DNA of 64,000 nucleotides, taken from the NCBI RefSeq assembly GCF_009914755.1, contig NC_060935.1; one strand, 5' to 3'. The position numbers were made by a program, and so were the translations under genes. Positions 1 to 16,797 of this stretch are shown one piece after another. The DNA comes from the human T2T-CHM13v2.0 reference genome, Homo sapiens. The stretch's first letter is position 1; each line of letters opens with the position of its first letter. The notes beneath the pieces are model-generated. The model ran no database searches. It was not told the DNA's origin and saw nothing but the letters and a program-made list of their open reading frames with translations.

Positions 1-379
1 CTTGCACAAATGACTGGGCTCCGTGGGGCATCCGAAGCCAGAACAGGAGACGAGTCTGTCAAGCAGTTGGGCCTCCTTTAAGCAGATATTTCAGGAGCGG
101 CAGGATCCTGAGGGCTGTGCTGTGATCCCACACACGTGGGCAGGGCCACGGCAGGCATCTGAGTGCGAGGAATAGCTGAGACTTCACTGGCAAACAGCTG
201 GTGTCCAACTTTGCCAACTGGGTCCCATCCCCTGCGGGTGCAGGGTCATAAGCCTGGTGACACCCTCTGTGTTTTCTCCCAGCTCTTCCCAAGGGAGTCA
301 GTGGATCTCTGGAAACATTCCGTGGGTGCCTAAAGCCTTGACCTGGGGGCCAGTGAACCATATAAACATTACAAATCCT

Positions 380-716
380 AGGAAAGAAAAGGAAGAAGGG
401 AAGAAAAGGAGAGAAAAAGAGAGAAGGAAAGAAAGGAGAGGGAAAGAGGGAAAGAAAAGAAAGAAGAGAGAAAGGAGAGAAAGAAAAGAAAGAAGAGAGA
501 AAGGAAATAAAGAAAAGATAGAAAAAAGAAGGAAGGAAGGAGGAAAAAAAGGAAGGAAAGAGAGAAGAGAGAAAGAGAGAAAGAAAGAAAGAAAGAGAAA
601 GAAAGAAAGAAAAGAAAGAAAAAGAAAGAAGGAAAGAAAGAAAAGAAAAAGAAAGAAAGAAGGAAAGAAAGAAGGAAAGAAAGAAGGAAAGAAAGAAAGA
701 AAGAAAGAAAGAAGGA

Positions 717-771
<55 letters not shown>

Positions 772-772
772 G
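380..772 (+). repeat. Long polypurine low-complexity tract ending in (GAAA)n
   Basis: About 390 nt of almost pure A/G, with GAAA/GGAA tetranucleotide arrays at the right end. Confidence 0.95.
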
Positions 773-1384
773 CTTCTTTCTCCCCACCCCCTGCAGCCAG
801 AGTCCATCTTCCACTACAGCAGTGAATGTTTGGTTGGAGCCAAGAGAGGAAGAATAAGGACTTTCATAGATGCTCTGGTGGCTGGAAATGCAGTGAAGGA
901 ATGCAGGAGACAGGATGACCTTTTACAGAAAAAATTCTCCTTTCTCAGCCCGCCCAAGGCTCTGCTGGCTTTTCCTGTGGCTTTCCCAGGGATTCCCTGT
1001 GAACCACTTCCTTTCGCCCCAGTTGGAATATCTGGGAGGAAAAACCTGTCGGGGGACCCCTTGGCTGGGGTTTGTGCCAGGGACCCTCTCAGGTCTTCCT
1101 TGAAGATGAAATGTGCCAGCATCCAGCAACAGTGTCCTGCCCAGGCTGTGGATTTCCTCCTGGCAGGTCCAGACCTAGCTCTGCTGCCCACCCACCTCTT
1201 CCCACCAAAAGGAGAGTTCATTATGGGGGTGGGGGGTGTAGATGGAGCATAAGCAAGTTGGCCATGGGCTGGGGAGAGGCTACATATAGTTAGTGATCGT
1301 ATCTGGGGCAGTATGAGATTCATGGTTTGCTTTGATTTTATGACCAAACTTTTGGGGTATTTATAGGATGGCTAATGTTCTCCA

Positions 1385-1666
1385 TGATCTCTTATTACAT
1401 GGTAAGCCACTTCAAAACTTAGGGGCTTAAAACATCCACCATTTTATTTTTCTCATAATTCTGCAGTTTGGGCAGGGCTCAGCAGGGATGGCTCATCTTG
1501 GATCCATGTGGTGGGCTGGGTCACTCCCATGGGTACATTCAGCTGGGAGCGTGGTTGATTGAAAGTTCCAAGATGGCTTCATCCACATGCCAGGTGCCTT
1601 GGCTGGGCTGGCTGGACAGGCTGGGGGCTGGCTGGGCATTCTCATTCTTATTCATTCATTCATTCA

Positions 1667-1703
<37 letters not shown>

Positions 1704-1800
1704 CTCCTGCATGGTCTTTTGCTACATAGTCTTTTCAGCACGGTAGCTGGACCTTTTTACCTGATGGCTTGGGTCTGCAAGAGAGAGATAGCAGAAGCTG
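1385..1800 (-). mobile_element. MaLR LTR (MLT1J/K-like) with internal (TTCA)n/(CT)n
   Basis: Characteristic aaaacttaggggcttaaaac...tctcataattctgcagtttgggcagggctcagc...ccaagatggcttc. Confidence 0.6.
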
Positions 1801-2013
1801 GCACAGGTGAAGCTGCACCCTCCTCCCCAGAAACAACTCCTAGGTATATACACCCTAGAAAAATGTGTGTGCTGGAGCCAGTGTTGTTGGGAATGGCAGC
1901 AGCAACAACAATAACAAGAAAAGATCTGAACATCCCCAACAGGAGAATGGTCACATGGTTTGTGCTATAGTCATGTGGTGGATTGCTAGGCAGTGGTGAA
2001 AAATGAATTTCTA

Positions 2014-2333
2014 GGCTGGGCGTGGTGGCTCATGCCTGTAATCCCAGCACCTCAGGAGGCCAAGGCAGGTGGATCACTTGAAGTCAGGAGTTTGAGACCA
2101 GACTGGGCAACATGGTGAAGCCCCGTCTCTACTAAAAAGCACAAAAATAAGCCGGGTGTGGTGGTGCGCACCTGTAGTCCCAACTACTCAGGAGGCTGAG
2201 GCAGGAGAATCGCTTGAACCCGAGTAGGTGCAGGTTGCAGTGAGCAGAGATCACACCACTGCACTCCAGCCTGGACAACAGAGCAAGACTTCTTCTCAAA
2301 AAAAAAAAAAAAAAGAAAAGAAAAAGAAAAAAG
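2014..2333 (+). mobile_element. Alu (AluS-like)
   Basis: GGCTGGGCGTGGTGGCTC head, dimer structure, A tail. Confidence 0.93.
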
Positions 2334-2399
2334 AATTTTTAGCCATTGGTAGAGATAAATCTCCCACACAAGATAGGAAGTGAAAAAAGGAAGTCTCCA

Positions 2400-2826
<427 letters not shown>

Positions 2827-2939
2827 TTACACATTTTGCAGGCGTGACATGCACAATTTTTTTTAACAGATACCACTCAGGAAAGAATACACCAAACACA
2901 TTTGCATTTCTTTTCTTTTTCTTTCTTTTTTTTTTTTAA

Positions 2940-3266
<327 letters not shown>

Positions 3267-3655
3267 GTAAAGCCACCAGCTTTACTTTTTTAAACCTAAG
3301 CTTAATATTACATATTTAAACACTTAAACAATTGTTTAAGTTGCCAGCATTCATGCACAACTAGAAAACATCCTTAATTTATATTAAACCAGAAATGTAT
3401 TACCATTAATGCATTAATATCTTTCACTACTAAATACTAAAAAAAAATCGAAATTATTTCTGTAGAAGATTCGTCCTGGCAGTGTTAACTTCACAGCAGG
3501 CCGACACTATGTGACTCACATTTCAGACGCCGTGGAAAAGCAGATCCATGCTGGTGTTAGTGTTAGTGTTAATTGTCCTACACTAAAGAATCAAGGCTCA
3601 CCTTGCAGTACGTTTGATAAAAAAGCAAAGTGCATGCAGAGATTTACACCAATTA

Positions 3656-4036
<381 letters not shown>

Positions 4037-5591
4037 TCAACTCAAAAGTCTATGACAAATAGAGGCTCCAGTGAGCTGTTTATAAATACTTTACATTAGG
4101 TACAATTATACTGAAAGTCGAGTTCATTTGAAATCTTCAAAAAAAAGTTCCCGTTAATCCTCCAGTGGCACTTGTTTTAGTTTAACATTTCTGTTAAAAG
4201 CGTGCGTTGAATTACTCGTTATCCAAACACAGCAGCTGCTCCTTACCATGGATTGTTAAGGACTTTAACCGGCTGTCTTCTTCAACTTCTACTCTTTCTT
4301 GACCATTCTCAACAGTTCTCTTTGTAGTCATTTTTCTGCCATTAACCATTTTAGCAGAAGTTGATATTGATTCGAAGTTGCCCATCCCACTACCACCAAA
4401 TGATGTGGAAGAGAATGAAGTGAGGCCCCCATGAGCCAGGGACCTAAATGAAGTAAATACTGCATCAAAAGAAGAAAATCCACTTCCAAAAGATGGAAAT
4501 CCACTGAACGTGGAGAAGAACGACCCCGTCCCTCAGCTTCTGCTTCCTCGGGAACCCCTTTGATTCCCAAAAATGTCCTCAAAAAGGTTTTCAAAGAAGT
4601 CAAATGAGAATGGGTGCCTTCCACCAAAAAATTCCCTGAAGACATCATCTGGGTCACAAAATGTGAAGCCAAACTCAAACGGACTCTCAAAATGATTTCC
4701 ACCTCTTCCTCCACCAATTCATCCTTCTTTGCCTTATTTGTCATAGTTGTCCTGTTTCTTAGCATCTGACAGCACCTCATACGCCTCCACTACTTGTTTG
4801 AATTTTCTCTCTGCTTCTTCTTTGTTCTCAGGATTTTTATCTAGGTGTCACTTCAGTGCCAGTTTCCGATACGCCTTTTTACTATCCTTGGGTGAGGCGC
4901 ATCTCTGCATGCCTAGAACATCATAGTAATCCACCATGTTTTAAGCAATTGTTGGAATATGTCTGAGAACAGAGGCAGCCGGTGACAGGATGCAGGGGAG
5001 GTGGGGTGGTGGCCTGGATCTCCTGTCAGCTCCAGCACTGCTGTGCTTGCAATGTTTTGTATGTGTGGAAATGTCAGATTCTGTCACCCATGAACAGATT
5101 CCGGTTGTGCTGATGCACACATCTGCCTGCACACACCTTCACATACAGGTTTGCTCATGATGCACCCACACGTGAGCACTCATACAACACACTCAGGGAT
5201 CTGCTGTAGGGCCCTGGTGGGTGTCTGGGACACTGCCCCCTCCAGAACTCAGGCCTGTCCATTGGCCCCTGAGGTGTCTCTGGGGCTCTAATCTTTAGGC
5301 TGGTCTCCCAGGAGAAGATGCGAGGCTCTGGGTGGGCTGCTGACATGGGCTCTGGGTTGGAAGCCTTTGTGGCTCAATGTTGGCCCTTAGTGCCTGCATG
5401 AAGGAGCCCCGGTGAGACATGGAGAGGCCCTAGACAAATGAAATTACAGGGGAGCTGCTGGGCATGTGGCCAGATCAGGCTCCCAGCTCCCAGGCAGCTG
5501 GCCCCAGAGGCAAGTCCGGACAGCAAAGCCACCTGTTAGGTAGGCTTTTGCCTGGCAGCATCCTCAAGAACACCTTGCCCTCTGACACACA

Positions 5592-6090
5592 GTGGTAGCC
5601 AGCACCCCAATGGCTTCCAATGGGCTACTCTCTGGTATCAGTGCCCGTGTAGAGTTCCCTCCCTCATTGTTTCAGGGTTGCTCTCTAGGACCAGTAGAAT
5701 GTGGTGAAGTGGCAGAGTATGACACCCAAGACATTACCACTTGCACCTGGCTCTTTATTGGATCACATGCTCTGGGGGAAGCCAGCTGCCATGTTGGGAG
5801 CCCTATGGAAAGTCTGAGTGGTGAGGAACTGAGGCCTCCTGCCCATAGACATGTGAGTGAGGCACCTTGAAAGTGGATGCTCCAGCCCCAGTCAAGCCAT
5901 CAGATGAGACTACAGCCCTAGCTGACATCTTGATTTCAACATGAGAGGTCTTGAGCCAAAAACATCCAGTTAAGCTGCTCCCACATATCTGATACAGAGC
6001 TATAATACTATGTGAGATAATAAAGGTCCATTGTTGTTTTCAGCCTCCAAATGTTGGGGAAATGTACTGTGTAACAGTAGATAACTAATA
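5592..6090 (+). mobile_element. MaLR LTR (MLT1F-like)
   Basis: gaagccagctgccatgttg...gaggaactgaggcctcctgcc...ccagccccagtcaagccatcagatga, ending gtaacagtagataactaata. Confidence 0.7.
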
Positions 6091-6092
6091 TA

Positions 6093-6403
<311 letters not shown>

Positions 6404-6727
6404 CTAATATAGACACCCTTCCCATTTACTGAACACTTATGTGTGAATGCTTTACATCCTGACCTAGTCTCATCATCACAGAATTCATGGAGGTGGATAT
6501 AATGGTCCCCATTTCATAAAGAGACAGAGGTTCATGGAGGATCAGTGACTTGTCAAAGTCCTACAGCTAGGAAGGAGCTCAGAGCCACATTCCAAACCAA
6601 GGTCTGTCTTTCCCTTATGCATCGCTTCTTCCTTTTTCAATTGCTTTGGAGACAGAGGGAGCTGCTCATCTACAGAGGTCACTGTGGGCCTAAGTGTCTG
6701 GTGAGACATTTCAGTGGCTCAGAGAAT

Positions 6728-7025
6728 TCTTTTTTTTTTTTGAGATGGAGTTTTGCTCTTGTCGCCCAGGCTGGAGTGCAGTGGTGCTATCTTGGCTCAC
6801 TGCAACCTCCGCCTCCTGGGTTCAAGCCATCCTCCTGCCTCAGCCTCCTGAGTAGCTGGGATTACAGGTGTACGTCACCATACCCAGATAATTTTTGTCA
6901 TTTTTGGTAGAGACTGGGTTTCACCATGTTGGCCAGGCTGGTCTTGAACTCCTGACCTCAGGTGATCTGCCCACCTCGGCCTCCCAAAGTGCTGGGATTA
7001 CAGGCGTGAGGCATCGCACCCGGCC
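6728..7025 (-). mobile_element. Alu (AluS-like)
   Basis: Full antisense dimer. Confidence 0.93.
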
Positions 7026-7069
7026 ACAGGGAATTCTTTAGAGTAACAACTACAAGAACAATGACTTGT

Positions 7070-7840
<771 letters not shown>

Positions 7841-8937
7841 TATTTCTTCAGAGTATTGTCATTTATTACAAAATGCCTATGCTTCGGAGCAAACCCGAGA
7901 GGTAGGTTCTGTTTTTATCCTCCACAGCCAATTGCAAAACGGGGACTCAGCAAGGTGAGGGTACCTGCCCAAGGTCTCACAGCAAGCAAGCGGCAGAGGT
8001 GGGGTTCACATACAGGGAGTGGGGAAGGGGGGCCAGGCAGCCTAGGCCCTCAAAGTCGTGGCTTCTGACTCCCGGTCCAGCGCTCGGTTGGATGGAGTCC
8101 TAGCCTTCCCTGGAGCAGGCGTGGCAAGACCCACAGGTGGCTGCCCCGGGGGCCTCTCCAGGTGGGCTCTGAGGCCATCAGAACCTGGTAATGATTGGGG
8201 ACTTCTCCTTGCTGTGTTCCCTGATGGTCCATTAAAGGCAAGTTGGGGCCCAATGATTACAGGGAAAGTTCAACTGGCTTCCCCTTTGAAATACACAAAG
8301 GCTGCACAGGTAATGGGCTTGAGCCCTGGTGTTTGAAGTGGCAGTCCTTCCAGGGAACATCTGGAGGGCTGTGCCCCTGCACAACAAACGCTCGGAGCAC
8401 GGCTGGCCCTCAGAGGCTGCTTGCGCCAAACATCGGGGCAGGTTCTGCTTTTTTCTTTGATTTTGATGCGTCCCAAATTCTAGGATGCTCACTTGTGTCT
8501 TTCTTTGGTGATGGGTAAGTGGTGGGGCGGTCTTTCTTTTCATTTTCCTCAGAGCTGAACTTCAGAGAATATTAACACCAAAGAACCAGTGTGGCCTCAT
8601 TAACTCAGGATTAGTGCCGAACCAAGTGATTACTGCAGATTCTCACAACAGTTTAAAAAAAATGTGCAGTTGACAGCAGAGAGCCACCCTGATCAGAGCC
8701 CTGTTGCAGGAGTGCTGGGGACCAGCAAGCTCCCCTGTTTCTGGTTGCCCCATGCACTCAGCACAGTGCTTATCAAGCACCTGCCATGTGCCGGGGGATG
8801 GGGACACGGCAGCCACAAAGCACATGGTCCCTGCTTCAGGGCCACAGCATCTAGGGGAGAAATAATAATCGGCAAGAGAACCAATGCACAAGATGGTTTT
8901 GGATGGTAATAAATGCTTGGAAGAAAATCAAATAAGC

Positions 8938-9247
<310 letters not shown>

Positions 9248-10653
9248 GGAAAATCAAAAAAGCAGATGATAATGGTGGTGTGTTTAGGGGGAATCACTTT
9301 AGCTACAGAGGTGAGAGAAGCCAGTATTTAAGCTGAGATCGCCATGCAATGGGGACTCAGCCCCGCAGAGACCTGGAGAAGAGCACCCGAGACTGCAAAG
9401 GCCCTGAGGCAGGAAGCGTTTAAGGCATCGGAGCACCAGCCTGGAAGGGTGGAGGGGCTGCAGGGTGGTGGGCATGACAGGGGTCAGTGTGTGGCTGGGT
9501 CAGGGGAGGAGAGGACATGGCCGAGGCCTCACCCTGCAGAACACGTGGCTCTTGTTCTATGTGGGGGTAGCACTGGCGATGTGGGCAGGGGAATGACTCG
9601 GTTTTAAGCATCTTACCTGGGAACATCTGGTTTTTCAGATGGCTTTCCCGGAGCACACCATCACACAGGGAGCTTCTGTCTGACTCCTATCTGAAGCCCC
9701 AGCGCACAGGTTGGGGCCCGGCACATAGGATGGCTTCAGCATAAGATGGCCTGCAGGATCAGGGTCAGCAATGAGGAAAAAGTTACCAATGAGCCTTGAG
9801 TGTCCTCCAAGGCTGATTGCAGAAGAGGATGTGGCTGGCTTGGAGAAGACTAGACTGCTCTCTGGGAGGAAGCTTGATGCTGCCAGTATCCCTCCAGCCC
9901 AGAAGGGAAGACCAGCTCTTACCACCACAGAGACCAGGGCTTGCAGAGGGAATGCGAGCCGCTGCAAAGGGCTGAACCCTCCTCTTCCTGCCTTAGCCAG
10001 TCTCCTGAGCTTCCCAGGCCCTCACATGGGGCCTGAGTGGGCACTCGCCAGGTGTTAGGTCTGACAAAGGTGTGAATGAATGAAGAAATGAATGAGTGAT
10101 GCTGTCCTACTGGTCCAGGAAGGAAAGGTGCTGGCGTCCCCTGGGTCTGGAAGACCTTCCCCTGCTCTTTGTAAGTTCCTCCTCAGCTGGTGTCCTGTGG
10201 TGTCCTGGCTGGAAGGAATGATGGCCAGGAGATATACAGACCATATGGGCGGGGGGCGGGGGCCCTGCCCTGCCTGTTCATCCTTGTCCACTGCCCACAG
10301 GGACTGGAGAGGGGCCGCCCACGATGGCTTTCACTCCACACCTCCATATGCTGGGATGCGGGGGTTGGGGGGCTGGACTTTTAGAAAAATCCTGATACTT
10401 ATTGCTTTTTTTTTTTTTTCCTGCTCTGAAACTTTTTCTGGTTACAAAAGTTTGCTGTGGAAATTTTAGAAACAGCTGAGAACAAATGTGCAGGCACAGA
10501 GATGCACACACAAAAATGCTCTGTGTCCCATTACCCAGAGATGACCAGCATGAACATTGTGGTGTTTGTCCTTCCAGAACTTCCAAGCACAGTCATGTAT
10601 GTGTATCTTTTTCAAATACCTTTCTAGTAAACCATTCTAACCTGCTCTTTTAA

Positions 10654-10921
<268 letters not shown>

Positions 10922-11074
10922 AACCTGCTTCTTTGACTGAATAGCTTGGGAACATCTTTCTGCATCACTGAATAGTGTTTTGCATCCTTTTTAATGCTGC
11001 AGAATATAAATTCCAGTGTTACTTCACCTGTCCCCTTTAGATTGACACTAAAGTTGTTTCTCTCTCTCTCTCTC

Positions 11075-12260
<1,186 letters not shown>

Positions 12261-14602
12261 CAGCCCCCATGTGAGCACGCACTGCATGCCCGTGGTCACT
12301 CTCTCAGGCTCCAGGCCTGGAGGGCGAGTGACAGATAGGGGTGGGATCCGTGCTTTGCTTGTTTTGCTTTGCACTGCCTTGCACTGCCAAATTGCTCTCC
12401 AGAAAGCCTGTCCCGTGCCCACCCAGGTGCGGGCTTGCTTCAGTGCCTGCTGGGCCTCATGTGGGTGATTGGCACCTTGAGGTGTCATGGACCACCCCGG
12501 GGGGACCACTGACACATCCTTCCCTCCCTGGGACCTCGTTTCAGTCTCTGGGGGCCCTGGCTGTCCCTGGCACATCTGGAGGTTGCCCCTAGAGTTGGGG
12601 GGGCAGCTCAGGGAAAACTTGTCCTTGTGGGGTCAGGACCCCAGCAGGCGGCACTGGCCTGTGCACTGTGGGGGAGGGAAGGCTGGCCTGTAGGGCCCCC
12701 ACCAGGGAAGCCAGGGCCAGGAAGGGCCCTCTGCCACACAGCCTCTTCCCGAGCAAGCCCTGGTCATGCTAGAACTGTGTCCTTTGTGAATCACTGATGT
12801 GGAGGGCTAGGAAGGGCTGGGACGTGGAATGGGGAATGAAGGAGGGAGGGTCCGCAGGCCCTCTGGGTGGTGGCTGAGGGACTGGAGCTGATTTTTTGCC
12901 ACTGCAGAGTGACATGTGAGAGTCATTTTAGCAGACATTCCCCAAGTGCAGGGGCAAAGAGATGAAGGAGGGCAGTTCGGAATATTCCAGACAGAGGGCA
13001 TGGGGTTGTTTCTGTGTAGAAAGATGGCAGGGGAAGTCAGGGGTCAGGGAAGAGCCCCAGTGCCTGAGGTCGGTGGGCTCCACGGATGTGACATCTGAGG
13101 ACCCCAGGGGTGAGGGGATATGCACACCCAGACTCCCATGCCGGGATCCTGAGCACCCACGAACCATGGCTATGGAGGCAGGGAGCCTCCCCAGGGCTGG
13201 ACCTCCAGGCACAGACGAGCAGAGGAGAGGACGTCTAGGCTGGAGGAGATCAGGAGGAGGCGCAGAGGTGGCCTGTGTGAGGACAGTGAGGGCCAGGCTG
13301 GCTGGGGCCATGCTTTGGAGCCTTGAACGCTGGTCTAAGGCTTCCACTGGCAGCTGTTGCAGAGGGTTCTGATCCATCTCTGTCCCCCATGCAGATGGGC
13401 TTGCTGAGGAAGGCCAGAGTGCTGGGGTGCTGCCTAGTGAGGGACAAGGAGGGACAGGAGCCGGTGGTGAGGAGCCTGCTGCTGAGAGGTGCCTCTCAGG
13501 GGCCGACATTGCCAGGGTCTAGTCTTGGTGGCCTCTGTGCTTGTGGCCAAATGCCCTTGGCCGCCTCTTTCCTTCTCTTTTATGGGTCTCCAGTCCTGCC
13601 TGGGACGGAGAGGGTTACTGGAGACACGCTTTGTACTTCAATAGGCACTTTCATCTGCAGCCTTTGGAGGGCTTTGCAAGCATGGCTTAATGAAGGGTCC
13701 CAGCACCCCAGCCTCCTAAGCACCGTTTTGAGCTGGATGCATGCAGAACAGAGGGATTAAGTGATTTGTCCAGGATTGCACAGCAAAGCTGAGTGGATTC
13801 CCCTGCCGTCCCCTGAGGCTCAGGGCTGCGTTGGGCTGTGCCCTCCACCTTCCCTCTCTGCTTGCTGGGTCTTGTCCTTTGGGAGCCCCCGAGCTCTCAG
13901 CTGACGGCCTTCTGCCCCTGGAAATCCATGCGTCCCCTTGCTTGCCAGCTGCCAGCCCAAGAGCAAGCCGGTCAAGGCGGTCTCTGATTTCGACGGCCGA
14001 GGAGGGGACCTTTCAGGAAGGGGTGGCCGTAGGCGAGGGTTGATCGCTGGGCCTGGAATCTGCTCCCACAGGGCCTGTGGGGCCTCACGGGGCTGCTGCT
14101 GGCTTCAGCCTCTGGGTGCTGGGCTGGCAGGGGTGAGGGGGCTGAGCAGAGATGCCTGCGTGTGGGGCGGGGCGAGCCCGGCCCCTGTCCTGCTGGGAAA
14201 TTCCTGACGTTCTTTCTTTGGGTCTGTGAGCTCATGAGCAAGTATGGTGGGTGCATTTTATAAACCGGAAAATAAATCATTCATTGAAATGGAGACAAAT
14301 GCATTTCCAACCCAAAGTGTCAGGGGTCATCAAGGTCAAGGGCAGGGAGGCAGCCTGGCTGTCCCTGTGAGCTGAGACAGCATGACGTGTGCAGAGTCCT
14401 GGCTCACCCGCCACCTCTTCTCTCCAACCCCAGTTCCCCTGGCATTCCAGGCACCCACCTCGCTCCCCTCGTGATGACAGGAGCCTTCAGGTGGTCTCTC
14501 CTCCTTGTTCCACAGTGATCTGTTCTCAGTCCCACAGTCAGAAGACCCTTTTACAGCTCAAGTCTCATCAGGCTCCTGCTCAGCTTAAATTCCCCCAATG
14601 GC

Positions 14603-15172
<570 letters not shown>

Positions 15173-15912
15173 TTAAAGTGGCAGCCCCTCCCATCCCGCC
15201 CCCTCCCTGGCCTTCCCTGCAGCCCTCCCTTTCTTTCTTCTCCATTCTGCCTCTCCCCACCTCCTGAGACACTGTGTCATTTTCTTACTTGTTTTACTTG
15301 TCTTCTCTCCCCCACCTCAGCATAAGTGCCGTTGGAGTAGGATGTTTGTTCATTCACTACCACAGCAATAAGCTGTGGGCACCGGGAGGCCTGGGAGGTC
15401 CTCAGTGTGTTAAATTTCCAGAGTTGGCTTTGGGACCGTTGGCTGAGAATCCTAAATTGGAGAGGTAGGTCTCCAGGGATGAAAGGAGAGGGTCAGGGGC
15501 AGAGCCCGAACTCCTCAGGGCAAGGGGGTGACTGGCTGGCCTGTTCACCTCCCACTGGGGTTTGGAGGGTGGTGGTTCAGCCAGATAGTGTATTAGACTG
15601 CAGAAGAAGGCAAGAGGGAAGACAGCAGACAGTTAGCAGAGCTTTCAAGCAAAGGTCTCCTGCGGCTGTCCCTGGAGGTCTTGGAGGTGAGAGGGAGGCG
15701 CGCCAGAGGGGCACTGCTTGGGGCACCGTCAGCTGCACCCCAGCATGGGCGCCTGTGATCCTAGGGGGCCCGCAGCACACCCCCCTCAGAAGCACGCATT
15801 TCTCCCACTTATGCATGGCCCCGGGTCAGGACCATGCAGAAGCGGGATCCCAATAGCTCAACCTAAAGCCAGGGCCAGGCCTTGATCCTTCCTGCCCTCG
15901 TCTTAAGAGTCA

Positions 15913-16546
<634 letters not shown>

Positions 16547-16612
16547 TCAAACCTACCCTGGAAAAAGGGGTGTGGAAGAGTCCCCAGGGCTCCAGAAAGA
16601 AGAGCTACATGT

Positions 16613-16797
16613 TGGGGTTGCCAGACTTAGCAAGCAAAACAGAACACCCAGTTCAACGTGAACTTCAGATAAACACTGAATAAGTTGTTAGTATAAGTAT
16701 ATCCCCTGCAGTTGTTGGGTTATACTTACACTAAGGAATTGTCATTTATCTCAAATTCAAACTTAGCTGGGCATCCCAGATCTTATCTGACAGCCTG
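16613..16797. mobile_element. MER53-like palindromic MITE (hAT DNA transposon)
   Basis: ggggttgccagac...cacccagttcaacgtgaacttcagataaac...tagtataagtata / tatacttacacta...tttatctcaaattcaaacttagctggg...ttatctgacagcc. The whole element is an inverted repeat. Confidence 0.8.

Noticed and set aside
59-1252. Long ORFs of 331, 251 and 169 aa (K/E/R-rich or F/S/L-rich)
   Set aside because: Translation of the (GAAA)n polypurine tract, which lacks stop codons. No splice or domain evidence.
15698-15716. CTCF-like gcgccagaggggcac
   Set aside because: An extra G shifts the near-invariant GGC core; weak match.
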